Below, piece by piece: positions 28,722-38,155 of a stretch of 64,000 bases of DNA. The stretch is from positions 150,563 to 214,562 of the forward strand of contig JACKMU010000008.1 in NCBI GenBank assembly GCA_024235215.1. Reading direction: 5' to 3'. Below the pieces are notes generated by a model. It saw nothing but the letters and a program-made list of their open reading frames with translations. It made no database searches and was not told the DNA's origin. The first letter of the stretch is position 1; each line of letters opens with the position of its first letter. Made by a program: the position numbers and the translations under genes. This stretch comes from Chromatiaceae bacterium. Lineage in GTDB: Bacteria > Pseudomonadota > Gammaproteobacteria > Chromatiales > Chromatiaceae.

Positions 28722-30249
28722 CAGTACTACAACCACCGCTGGCAAACAATCGATAGGCGATATTGTCCGTCTCCTCCTGATATGGATAGCCCAAGTCGCT
28801 CAGAAAACGGTGGAAATTCCGTTTGTCCTGTGCATTGATCTGAATCCCCATCAACACACGGCCAAAGGCAGCACCGTGGTTACGGTAATGGAACAGACTG
28901 ATATTCCAGCGCTTTCCTATTTCTGACAGGAAAGACAGTAGCGCACCTGGCCGCTCCGGGAACTCAAACCGGTAGAGTGACTCGTCCTCCAGTGAAGGTG
29001 CATGCCCTCCAACCATGTAACGGATGTGCAGCTTCGCTGTTTCATTGTCCGACATATCCACCACGGGATACCCCATCTGCTGCAGATGGTTCAGCAGGGC
29101 ATCGCGCTCCTGATCGCCATCACTCAGCTCAACGCCAGCAAAAACATGTGCAGTGACCGCATCTGCGTAGCGGTAGTTGAACTCGGTGATACTGCGCCGC
29201 CCCAGTGCCCGGCAAAACTTCAGGAAACTGCCCGGCTCCTCGGGAATCTCGGCAGCAAGCAGCGCCTCGCGGCGTTCACCCAATTCGGCGCGTTCGGCCA
29301 CATGCCGCAGCCGGTCGAAATTGATATTCGCGCCGCTCTCTATCGCCACCAAGCTCTCGCCCTGGACACCCTCCCTTGCCACATAGCGCTTGAGACCGGC
29401 AACCGAAAGAGCTCCCGCAGGTTCGGCTACGGTGCGGGTATCATCGAACACATCCTTGATTGCAGCACAGATCTCATCGGTGCTGACCAGGATCACCTCA
29501 TCCACGACCTCCCGCGCCACCCGAAAACTCTCTTTTCCTATCTGCCTGACAGCCACGCCATCAGCAAAAATTCCCACCTGTTTCAGCACCACTCTGCGTC
29601 TGCTGGACAGCGCCCGGTAGAGTGTCGGCGCATCCTCCGGCTCTACACCGATGATCTTCACCTGCGGAAAAACGAATTTGACATAGGCGCCGATACCGGC
29701 GATCAAACCACCTCCACCGACGGGCACGAAGATGGCGTGCGGCGGTCCTGCATGCTGTCGCAGTATCTCCATGCCAATGGTCCCCTGACCGGCGATCACA
29801 TCCGCATCATCAAAAGGGTGAATGAATGTCATCCCACGCTCTTCCGCCAGCTGCATCGACCGGGCATACGCCTCATCATAAGAGTCGCCGAACAGCACTG
29901 TCTTCGCGCCATAACTCCTGACCGCTTCCACTTTGATCGCCGGCGTCGTGTTCGGCATCACGATCAGTGCGCGAATTCCCAGCATCCTTGCCGACATCGC
30001 CACACCCTGGGCATGATTTCCCGCGGATGCGGCAATGACCCCTCGCTCCTGCTCCGCTGCAGAGAGGCCAGCCATCTTGTTATAGGCTCCACGTAGTTTG
30101 AACGAAAAGACCGGCTGCAGATCCTCCCGTTTAAGATGGATGCGATTACCCAGCCGTTTCGATAATCGCTGCGCACGATCCAACGGCGTCTCGCGGGCAG
30201 CATCGTAAACGCGTGAACGCAGAATCCTTTCAATATATGACTGGGGCAT
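28714..30249 (-). CDS. ilvA: biosynthetic threonine ammonia-lyase
   Basis: About 511 aa from MPQSYIERILRSRVYDAA, with the PLP site LKREDLQPVFSFKLRGAYN and two C-terminal ACT-like regulatory repeats. The track ORF starts 25 codons earlier. Confidence 0.9.
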   Translation of the reverse strand: MPQSYIERILRSRVYDAARETPLDRAQRLSKRLGNRIHLKREDLQPVFSFKLRGAYNKMAGLSAAEQERGVIAASAGNHAQGVAMSARMLGIRALIVMPNTTPAIKVEAVRSYGAKTVLFGDSYDEAYARSMQLAEERGMTFIHPFDDADVIAGQGTIGMEILRQHAGPPHAIFVPVGGGGLIAGIGAYVKFVFPQVKIIGVEPEDAPTLYRALSSRRRVVLKQVGIFADGVAVRQIGKESFRVAREVVDEVILVSTDEICAAIKDVFDDTRTVAEPAGALSVAGLKRYVAREGVQGESLVAIESGANINFDRLRHVAERAELGERREALLAAEIPEEPGSFLKFCRALGRRSITEFNYRYADAVTAHVFAGVELSDGDQERDALLNHLQQMGYPVVDMSDNETAKLHIRYMVGGHAPSLEDESLYRFEFPERPGALLSFLSEIGKRWNISLFHYRNHGAAFGRVLMGIQINAQDKRNFHRFLSDLGYPYQEETDNIAYRLFASGGCSTDK

Positions 30250-30378
30250 CGAGCATCTCTCTTTGGCGTGACGAATCAAAAGCGGATTTTCTGGCAGTTT
30301 TACTACATCTTTCCGGAATGACAACCGCTACTGGCAACGGTATCATAAATCGATAATATTCATAGACAGGAGATCAAG

Positions 30379-31029
30379 ATGTCTCAGGACGACCTGAAAA
30401 GAAGAGCGGCGGAAGCGGCCATGGAGTATATCCGAGGAGGCGTGATCGGCGTTGGCACCGGCTCCACGGTGAACCATTTCATCGACCTGCTGGCGCAAGT
30501 AAAGCATAAAATCGAAGGGGCCGTCTCCAGCTCGGAGGCTTCCACCAAACGGCTCAAATCGCACGGTATTCCGGTACTCGACCTGAACGCGACCGGAGAA
30601 CTCGATCTCTATGTAGATGGTGCAGATGAGTCCAACCGCCACCTGCATCTGATCAAGGGCGGTGGCGGCGCACTGACGCGAGAAAAGATCGTAGCCGGCG
30701 CGAGTCGCAAGTTTGTCTGTATCGCCGACGCCAGCAAACTGGTCGATCTGCTCGGCACCTTTCCGCTACCGGTCGAAGTAGTTCCGATGGCCCGCAGTCA
30801 TGTCGCCCGACAACTGGTAAAAATGGGTGGGACCCCGGTCTGGCGCAAAGATTTCATTACCGACAACGGCAACATCATCCTGGACGTGCACAACCTGGGC
30901 ATCATGGAGCCGGTTAAGATGGAACAGCAGATAAACAACATCGCCGGTGTAGTGACCAATGGCCTCTTTGCGTTGCGCCCCGCCGACGTGTTACTGCTCG
31001 GTACCGAGCAGGGGGTGGACAGGTACTAG
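30379..31029 (+). CDS. rpiA: ribose-5-phosphate isomerase A
   Basis: 216-aa ORF with [20 protein letters not shown] and [15 protein letters not shown]. Confidence 0.9.
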   Translation: MSQDDLKRRAAEAAMEYIRGGVIGVGTGSTVNHFIDLLAQVKHKIEGAVSSSEASTKRLKSHGIPVLDLNATGELDLYVDGADESNRHLHLIKGGGGALTREKIVAGASRKFVCIADASKLVDLLGTFPLPVEVVPMARSHVARQLVKMGGTPVWRKDFITDNGNIILDVHNLGIMEPVKMEQQINNIAGVVTNGLFALRPADVLLLGTEQGVDRY

Positions 31030-31101
31030 GTGCTAGGCGCTAGGTACTAGGTACTAGGTGCTAGGTGCTAGGTGCTAGGTGCTAGGTGCTAGGTGCTAGG
31101 T
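31025..31101. repeat. tandem heptamer array, 11 copies of RCTAGGT
   Basis: ACTAGGT GCTAGGC GCTAGGT ACTAGGT ACTAGGT, then GCTAGGT x6. The first unit supplies the rpiA TAG stop codon. Confidence 0.95.
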
Positions 31102-31229
31102 GCTAGGTGTAGGATTATTGCTGAAAATCCAGGGTTGTTGGTGAATAGGTTTTATCAATAGCATGATATGGAACCAGAAGCTAAAAAGAATAGACCTCGC
31201 CTCTGCTTCCCTACCCCATAGCACCTCAC

Positions 31230-31397
31230 CTAGGAGCCTGTCTGACTTATCCGTTTGAAGCGAAAATCACCGGGGGCGAATCAAATCAGTTTATCGAACG
31301 AGGCGAATAGTGGGCCTATTTAACGAGGTCGATAAGCTGAGTTGATCGTCATCCGGGGATTTGCAGCCAAACAGTGTTAAGTCAGACAGGCTCCTAG
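31230..31397 (+). mobile_element. 168-bp MITE-like element, copy 1 (20-bp perfect terminal inverted repeats)
   Basis: CTAGGAGCCTGTCTGACTTA ... TAAGTCAGACAGGCTCCTAG. Letter-identical to 41991-42158 and 48300-48467. No ORF, and the interior is an imperfect long palindrome. Confidence 0.85.
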
Positions 31398-31424
31398 GAC
31401 CTTGTTCCTCGCCCCTAGCACCGA

Positions 31425-32144
31425 TCAAATCCCCAAATAGGCCTTCTGTACCTCCGGGTTGGTCAGCAGATTGTCGGCACTGTCACTGAGGGTGACAGCG
31501 CCGTTCTCGATCACATAACCACGGTCGGCGATATGCAGCGCCTGATTCGCATTCTGCTCCACGAGAAAGATAGTGGTGTCCTGCTCCTGATTGATCTTTT
31601 TGATGATCTCGAAAATCTGGCGGATGATTAGCGGCGCCAGGCCCATCGAGGGCTCGTCCAGCAGCAGCAGTTGAGGCCGCGCCATCAATGCCCGGGAGAG
31701 AGCCAGCATCTGCTGCTCGCCCCCACTCAAGGTGCCACCAGCCTGTTCCCTGCGTTGTGCGAGAATCGGAAAGAGCGAGAAGACATAATCAAGATCGCGT
31801 TTGATCTCGATTTTGTCGCTGCGCAGAAAAGCCCCCATATCGAGGTTCTCCTGAACCGTCAACTGAGGGAAGATATGCCGCCCCTCCGGTACCTGGCAGA
31901 TCCCCAGGGAGACGATGTGATCGGGACTCATCCGGGTGATCTGTTCACCACGGAACAGGATCTCACCGGAGCGGGGCGGGGCGACGCCGCAGATAGACAT
32001 CAGGGTAGTGCTTTTCCCCGCGCCGTTGGCGCCGATCAGCGTAATGATCTCTCCGCTCTTGATCTCCAGACTGATCCCTTTGAGGGCCTGGATGGTGCCG
32101 TAGTAGGTTCTGACGTCGCGCAGCTCAAGCATCGATTTCCTCAC
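31425..32144 (-). CDS. livF: branched-chain amino acid ABC transporter ATP-binding protein
   Basis: 239-aa ORF with GANGAGKSTTL, LSGGEQQML and LLLLDEPS. Last gene of the liv-type operon. Confidence 0.85.
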   Translation of the reverse strand: MRKSMLELRDVRTYYGTIQALKGISLEIKSGEIITLIGANGAGKSTTLMSICGVAPPRSGEILFRGEQITRMSPDHIVSLGICQVPEGRHIFPQLTVQENLDMGAFLRSDKIEIKRDLDYVFSLFPILAQRREQAGGTLSGGEQQMLALSRALMARPQLLLLDEPSMGLAPLIIRQIFEIIKKINQEQDTTIFLVEQNANQALHIADRGYVIENGAVTLSDSADNLLTNPEVQKAYLGI

Positions 32145-32916
32145 CCAGGTAAGCTTTTATTACAGCGGGGTCGGAGCTCACCTGCAGCGGAGCACCCTCA
32201 GCGATCTTACGACCATAGTCAACCACGTAAATTTTATCGGACAGGCTCATCACCAGTTTCATATCATGCTCGATCAACAGAATCGAATGACCCTCATCCC
32301 GGATCTGGTTGATCAGTTCATCCAACTCCTGCGTCTCTTGTGGATTCATCCCCGCCGCAGGTTCATCCAGCAGCAGGATAAATGGCTCAGTCGCCAACGC
32401 GCGCGCAATCTCCAACCGACGTTGCGCACCGTACGGGAGATTCTCGGCCAGATCGTTGACATGGTCGGTCAACCCAACCTGCTGCAGAATCCGGTAGCTC
32501 TTCTCCACCGTCTCCCGCTCTTCCCGGCGCGTCGCCCTGGTTTTGAACACGGCTCCGAAGATATATGAGCTGGTTCGACAGTGACGACCGATCATCACAT
32601 TCTCCAACACGGTCATCTTCTGAAACAGACGGATGTTCTGAAAGGTGCGCGCCATTCCTTTTTCGGTCACCTGGTTTGGTTTCAGACCGTTCAGGCGGAC
32701 CGCGGGCGAGCCATCCGGCGGGTTGAGAAAGATGTTACCGCCGGTCGGATTATAGATACCGGTGACACAGTTGAAGAAGGTGGTCTTGCCAGCACCGTTG
32801 GGACCAATCAATGCGACGATCTGGCCTTGCTGCACTGCCAGATCGAGTTCGGACATGGCGCGAATCCCGCCAAAGTCCATACACAGGCCGTCCACCTGCA
32901 GCACCGGCCTGCTCAT
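32125..32916 (-). CDS. livG: branched-chain amino acid ABC transporter ATP-binding protein
   Basis: 263-aa ORF with GPNGAGKTTFFN, the LivG-type insert and ILLLDEPAAGMNP. Confidence 0.85.
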   Translation of the reverse strand: MSRPVLQVDGLCMDFGGIRAMSELDLAVQQGQIVALIGPNGAGKTTFFNCVTGIYNPTGGNIFLNPPDGSPAVRLNGLKPNQVTEKGMARTFQNIRLFQKMTVLENVMIGRHCRTSSYIFGAVFKTRATRREERETVEKSYRILQQVGLTDHVNDLAENLPYGAQRRLEIARALATEPFILLLDEPAAGMNPQETQELDELINQIRDEGHSILLIEHDMKLVMSLSDKIYVVDYGRKIAEGAPLQVSSDPAVIKAYLGEEIDA

Positions 32917-34139
32917 CTACGCACTCCCTGCGACTGTGATTTGAACTGGTAACTACGACGGATATTGGCGACCACCCCCTGCGGACGGAAAATCATCATG
33001 GTGACCAGCACGGCACCAAATGCCAGCATGCGGTAGTCAGAGAGCGCACGCAGATATTCGGGCAGCAGGATCAGGATCAGAGCTCCCACGATCACACCGA
33101 ATATCGATCCCATACCTCCCAGCACCACGATACAGAGGATGATGGCTGACTCCAGAAAGGTGAAGCTGGCAGGGTTGATGAAGGTGGTCTTGGCTGCGAA
33201 TATCACACCGACCATTCCGGCCCAGGTTGCACCCAGCGCGAAGGCCGTCAGCTTTGTCTTGCGTTTGTCGATGCCCATCGCCTGACAGGCGATCTCATCC
33301 TCCCGCAGCGCGACCCAGGCACGGCCGATGCGGGAATCCTGTAGCCGGTTCACCACAAATATAGTGAAGATCACCAGTGCAATCATCAGGTAGTAGAGAT
33401 AGAGGATGGCACCATCCAGTGACAGTTCGATGCCGAACAGGCCGGGACGCGAAATGTTCGATATTCCGCTGGGCCCTTGGGAAAACTCGTTCCAGTTCTC
33501 CAGAATCAGGCGGATGATCTCGCCAAATCCCAGTGTCACTATCGCCAGGTAGTCGCCCCGCAAACGCAGCACCGGAAAACCGAGCAGAACGCCGAACAGT
33601 GCCGCGAGCAGCGCACCGATCGGCAGTGCCAGCCAGAAACCGATGTCGAAATGGTAGTTGAGCAGCGCATAGGAGTAGGCGCCCACCGCGTAGAAGGCGA
33701 CATACCCGAGATCCAGCAATCCAGCCAGACCAACCACGATATTCAGACCCAACCCGAGCATCACATACATCAACGCGGTGATCATGATGTTGGTCTGATA
33801 GGTGGAGAAGAGGTGGGGGAATATCAGTGCGCAAATCAGCATCACACCGCTCAGAGTATACAGATATTTAGGCTCACGCAGGATCACCTGTATCAGCGGC
33901 TCCCTATCGACCAGCTTTCCTGCAGCCTTTCTCGTACGTCTGTGCTCCTGATGCAGGTAGAAGAGGCGGACCAGCAGTGATACCAGAAAACTGCCGATCG
34001 CCACCAGCGCCATGTTCTCCCAGCGCCACTGTACCGTGCGCTCAATCGGATCCACCCTGATCACCAGCAGTGGAAAGGTGAGAAACGCGAACCAAAGCGA
34101 AACCAGCAGTGACTTTTTCAGCTGTTGCAGCGAGAACAT
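32913..34139 (-). CDS. livM: branched-chain amino acid ABC transporter permease
   Basis: 408-aa polytopic ORF. Overlaps the livG start and follows livH. Confidence 0.8.
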   Translation of the reverse strand: MFSLQQLKKSLLVSLWFAFLTFPLLVIRVDPIERTVQWRWENMALVAIGSFLVSLLVRLFYLHQEHRRTRKAAGKLVDREPLIQVILREPKYLYTLSGVMLICALIFPHLFSTYQTNIMITALMYVMLGLGLNIVVGLAGLLDLGYVAFYAVGAYSYALLNYHFDIGFWLALPIGALLAALFGVLLGFPVLRLRGDYLAIVTLGFGEIIRLILENWNEFSQGPSGISNISRPGLFGIELSLDGAILYLYYLMIALVIFTIFVVNRLQDSRIGRAWVALREDEIACQAMGIDKRKTKLTAFALGATWAGMVGVIFAAKTTFINPASFTFLESAIILCIVVLGGMGSIFGVIVGALILILLPEYLRALSDYRMLAFGAVLVTMMIFRPQGVVANIRRSYQFKSQSQGVRR

Positions 34140-34142
34140 CGG

Positions 34143-35045
34143 TTACACCTTCTGAGCCTCTTCCCGACCCAACAGGCCGGCAGGCTTGAAAATCAGAATC
34201 AACACCAGCAGCGAAAATGCGAAGACATCCTCATAGTCACTGGAGACATAACCAGTGGCAAAACTCTCTGTCAATCCCAGTACAAATCCTCCCAGCACCG
34301 CACCGGGAATGGAACCGATGCCACCCAGCACGGCCGCAGTGAATGCTTTGATGCCGGCGATAAAACCGATGAAAAAGTTGATCTGACCGATGTGCGAAGC
34401 GATCAGCATACCGCCAACGGCAGCCAGTGCTGAACCGATGATAAAAGTCATCGAGATGACCCGGTTCACATCGATACCAACCAGCATGGCCATCGTCCGG
34501 TCCTGGGAGGTGGCGCGCATCGCTTTGCCGATGCGGGAGAACTTGATCAGCAGAGTAAGCCCCACCATCATCAGCGCGGTGACCAGCAGAATCACGATCT
34601 CTGCAGAGCCGACAACATGCGCATAAGGCTCCATGAAGTCGAAATCGGGAATCAATTCCGGAAAAGGTTGAAAATCAGACGACTGTGCCAGCAGGACATA
34701 GTTCTGCAAGAAGATCGACATACCGATGGCGCTGATCAACGCGGACAGCCGTGGTGCCTGGCGCAGCGGCTGATAGGCTATTTTCTCGATGGTGTAACCA
34801 TAGGAAGCGGACCAGACCGCAGCCGCCAACCCGGCCAACAGTACGATGGAGAGCAACGGAAAACCGTAGATTGAGAGCACTGTCGCCACTACAAACGAGG
34901 TAAACGCGCCGATCATGTAGATCTCGCCATGGGCAAAGTTGATCAGCCCGATAATGCCGTACACCATGGTGTAGCCAAGCGCGATCAGGGCGTATATCGA
35001 CCCCCGCGTCAGACCGCTGAAGAAGAGTTCAATGAAATATTCCAT
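34143..35045 (-). CDS. livH: branched-chain amino acid ABC transporter permease
   Basis: 300-aa ORF with LTRGSIYALIALGYTMVYGIIGLINFAHGEIYMIGAF. Confidence 0.85.
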   Translation of the reverse strand: MEYFIELFFSGLTRGSIYALIALGYTMVYGIIGLINFAHGEIYMIGAFTSFVVATVLSIYGFPLLSIVLLAGLAAAVWSASYGYTIEKIAYQPLRQAPRLSALISAIGMSIFLQNYVLLAQSSDFQPFPELIPDFDFMEPYAHVVGSAEIVILLVTALMMVGLTLLIKFSRIGKAMRATSQDRTMAMLVGIDVNRVISMTFIIGSALAAVGGMLIASHIGQINFFIGFIAGIKAFTAAVLGGIGSIPGAVLGGFVLGLTESFATGYVSSDYEDVFAFSLLVLILIFKPAGLLGREEAQKV

Positions 35046-35048
35046 GGG

Positions 35049-35183
35049 AATAGGTACTAGGCTCTAGGTACTAGGTTCTAGGTAATAGCTTCTGGGCACT
35101 TTATTCTTTTATGCAGTGATTGAGGTACTAGGTTTCGGTACCCCCCCGACCCTAGTACCCAGTACCTCGCTCCTGGTTCCTGT
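35049..35183. repeat. inverted pair of CTAG-core heptamer arrays in the livJ-livH intercistronic spacer
   Basis: Forward units at 35049-35090: AATAGGT ACTAGGC TCTAGGT ACTAGGT TCTAGGT AATAGCT. Reverse units at 35149-35183: ACCCTAG TACCCAG TACCTCG CTCCTGG TTCCTGT. GGTACTAGG (35124-35132) pairs with CCTAGTACC (35151-35159). Confidence 0.85.
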
Positions 35184-35184
35184 G

Positions 35185-36303
35185 TTATTTGACTTCGACG
35201 TACTGACCGTCTTTCACCTGGTACATGGCAAAGCCGACACCCAGCGCATCGCCCATGGCGTCGAAACGGATGGTGCCGACCGGGGTATCCACATCATTGT
35301 TCTGCAATGCATTGCGCACCGCTGCCATCTCAGTTGAATCCGCCTTATCGATCGCATTCAGCAGTGCAAGCGCTGCAGCATAGGCGTTCTCATAGAATGC
35401 ACCAGGATCGGAACCGAACTTCTCCTTATGCTCTGCCACCGCCTGTTTGGAGAGTGGGTTGCTGGAAGTATCCTTGGGACCGGTGGCGTAAACGCCCTCC
35501 GCGTACTTGCCGGCCACCTTGATGAAGGTGTCATCCTTCACTCCATCGTCGGAGATAAAGATGGTATCCATCCGCTTTTTACGCATCTGGGTGATGATCT
35601 TCGAAGCTTCCGGGTGGTAGCCGCCGAAAATGACCGCCTCTGCACCGGAACGCTTGATCTTCTGTACCACTGCGGAGTAGTCCACCGCTCCCGGAGTGAC
35701 ACCCTCGAACAGCGTCACTTCCGCCTTGCCGGACTTCTCCAGAAACTCCTTGGCAAACTCCGCCAGCCCCTTGCCGTAGTCACCCTTGTCGTGAATCACA
35801 GCGATCTTGGTCAATCCCAGTGTATTCAGCGCAAAATCGACCTCGGTGCGTGCCTGGGCGTCATCCGATGCGATGGTGCGATAAAAGTTGGGATATTCGC
35901 CGCTCTGGGTCAGCGCGGGATTGGTGGCGGAGGGGGACATCACCACCACACCGGCATTGTTGTAGATTGGCAGCGCTGCCTTGGTAGCGCCGGAGCAGAT
36001 GTGTCCGAGCACCACATGAACGCCATCGGAGACCAGCTTGGTCGCGGTATTGGTAGCCACTTCCGGTTTGCAGACATCATCCTCGACCAGCAATTCCACC
36101 ATCTTGCCGTCGATGCCACCGGCGGCGTTGATCTTCTCGACCACCAGTTTGGCTGCATTGACACTCGGCAAGCCATAGGAGGCGAGGTCACCACTGTGAG
36201 CGCCGGCCACACCCAGTTTGATGGTATCGGCGGCCATCAACGGCGTGGTCAGGCTGAAACCCAACGCGGCCGCCAGCAGTTTCTGTGTCACTCTCTTGTT
36301 CAT
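35185..36303 (-). CDS. livJ: branched-chain amino acid ABC transporter substrate-binding protein
   Basis: Signal peptide MNKRVTQKLLAAALGFSLTTPLMAADTIKLGVAG, then a type I periplasmic binding fold. ATG 36303 was chosen (GAGG upstream); the track ORF extends to 36531. Confidence 0.8.
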   Translation of the reverse strand: MNKRVTQKLLAAALGFSLTTPLMAADTIKLGVAGAHSGDLASYGLPSVNAAKLVVEKINAAGGIDGKMVELLVEDDVCKPEVATNTATKLVSDGVHVVLGHICSGATKAALPIYNNAGVVVMSPSATNPALTQSGEYPNFYRTIASDDAQARTEVDFALNTLGLTKIAVIHDKGDYGKGLAEFAKEFLEKSGKAEVTLFEGVTPGAVDYSAVVQKIKRSGAEAVIFGGYHPEASKIITQMRKKRMDTIFISDDGVKDDTFIKVAGKYAEGVYATGPKDTSSNPLSKQAVAEHKEKFGSDPGAFYENAYAAALALLNAIDKADSTEMAAVRNALQNNDVDTPVGTIRFDAMGDALGVGFAMYQVKDGQYVEVK

Positions 36304-36497
36304 TATCATCATCCTCACGGTTCTCGTTGATCGGAGTTCGCGCAGCAACACACTTCCGCAGATGAGGAGTGTCCCGGTTACCGCGAACAGCACCCTCCAC
36401 AAAATTACATCGCTGAGCAGACCAGGCGCTGTTGCGGCAGCGCGAGCATCAGGCCACAGGATAGGGAATTCAACGCCCTTTTGCCACTGCGAATTAA

Positions 36498-36526
36498 CAA
36501 AAAAACGGGGCCCGCAGGCCCCGTTT
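36498..36526 (-). terminator. intrinsic terminator downstream of the porin gene
   Basis: On the minus strand the GC stem GGGGCC-TGCG-GGCCCC is followed by a run of seven T, about 30 nt after the porin stop. Confidence 0.7.
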
Positions 36527-36556
36527 ATCAACTACATCAGCTAAGCCGGTTCGAAC

Positions 36557-37612
36557 TTAGAAGTCGTGACGCAGACCGATCGAGAAAGCGTCCTTGTCTT
36601 CGTCAGCGGCGGCGCGCATGTTGGTGTCGTTGTTGTAGTACTCAGCATAGACGCGGGTACGCGCGCTGAAGTTGTGCTGGAAACCGATACCCCAGGTGTC
36701 GGTCTCGTCTTCGGCATTGCCACTGTCGTAGTCAATATTGCCATAGACCGCACGCACGATGTTGTTGCCAAAACTGGCCTCACCCGCGATCGACCACTCG
36801 TTGGCACCATCGTTGGCATTGGTACCATCGGTCTCGTCCATATCTTCGTACTGCGCGATCAACGTGAACATGCCAAAGTTGTAGGAGGCGCCGATACCCC
36901 AGATGTCCTGCATGCCGAGGTCATTGTCGTACTGAAGGGTGGAGATACCCACGCTGATCGGGCCATTGTCATAGCTCAGAGAGGGGTTGTAGGCGTCGAT
37001 GCCATCGCTGGCGGTACCGCCGGTAGCGTTATCGATGACGAGTGCCAGTTTGCCCTGGAGGCCACTGAAGTTCGGGGAGACGTAGGCAATCGCGTTACCG
37101 GTGCGGCTCGGGCCGAGGTAAGACTTGTTGGCCGCGACGACGTTGGGGCCGGTACCGGCATTGCCCGGATCGTTGAAGATATCGGTCTTGTCGACGGCGC
37201 CATAGTACGGAGTCCACTGACGGCCGATGGCGACGGTACCGAAGTCACCCGACAGACCGGCGAAAGCCAGACGGTTCAGGAAGGTACCGCTATTGGCTTT
37301 ATCACCTGTTTTATTACCATTACTGTCAACTACATCCGACGCGATTGAATCATTGCTACCACCTTCAGACGAGGTGAACTGCCACTCGGCCTGGAAGATG
37401 GCCTTGAGGCCATCGCCCAGATCCTCGGAACCTTTCACGCCGATACGGGTGGTACCGGTGTCAACATCCCAGATACCATCCGAGCCGGCGATATCTTCGT
37501 CGAGGTAGGTCAGCGCGGTGTCAACGCGACCGTACAGTGTGGTTTCGGCGGCGGCTGCCAACGGGGCAACCATGGCGGCAGCGATTGCCAGGGTGATCAG
37601 CTTCTTGTTCAT
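36557..37612 (-). CDS. Gram-negative general porin (OmpC/porin_4-like)
   Basis: 351-aa ORF with signal peptide MNKKLITLAIAAAMVAPLAAAAE, LYGRVD start, alternating beta-strand pattern and C-terminal ...FSIGLRHDF. Confidence 0.85.
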   Translation of the reverse strand: MNKKLITLAIAAAMVAPLAAAAETTLYGRVDTALTYLDEDIAGSDGIWDVDTGTTRIGVKGSEDLGDGLKAIFQAEWQFTSSEGGSNDSIASDVVDSNGNKTGDKANSGTFLNRLAFAGLSGDFGTVAIGRQWTPYYGAVDKTDIFNDPGNAGTGPNVVAANKSYLGPSRTGNAIAYVSPNFSGLQGKLALVIDNATGGTASDGIDAYNPSLSYDNGPISVGISTLQYDNDLGMQDIWGIGASYNFGMFTLIAQYEDMDETDGTNANDGANEWSIAGEASFGNNIVRAVYGNIDYDSGNAEDETDTWGIGFQHNFSARTRVYAEYYNNDTNMRAAADEDKDAFSIGLRHDF

Positions 37613-38155
37613 CGTTTGACTCCAAAATAAAGTGTTTTCGTGGAACGGTTGTTGTGTCAGGGTGAATAGTAGACAGCTTCGAACACTTTTGCAACAGCTA
37701 TTTTTAAAAAAACAACAATTTTTTTTGATGTTGTAAAAAGGACACGATTTTCAATGCCATCCAGGTCAAATTCGACCTGATTTACCCGTATTCAACAGGT
37801 TGAACCCCGCTGGAAGATACTGCAATTTAGTTTTGTTGTCGCCAAAGATCAATAACAGCATCCGTTACCGGAGGGATACAGCGTCACGTCAGCGGTTGAT
37901 TGTTGTAAAATTGTCACTTCAGGTTGAACACAATCCGATGACAGCCTGACGAATTCCAGGATGCGGATACCTGCCCGAAGCCAATCCTCCGGCCTGTCAT
38001 CGGATCCTGCACTCTCTGTTTACAGTGCTGTTCCAATCAATAGGAAAGGGGAGATAAAGACGAGATGCCCGAAAGCTAAGTGGAGTGAAGCGGAATAGTA
38101 ATTTATCCCGAACCCCTGTTCCTGGGTTTCCGTTCTAAACAGGATTGGCGGGGAT

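Noticed and set aside
31025-31101. The heptamer array as an assembly or sequencing artefact, or as coding microsatellite.
   Set aside because: The same motif recurs at four independent places with sequence variants, and it interlocks exactly with real stop codons. At 77 bp it is shorter than typical reads. TAG appears in all six frames, which excludes coding.
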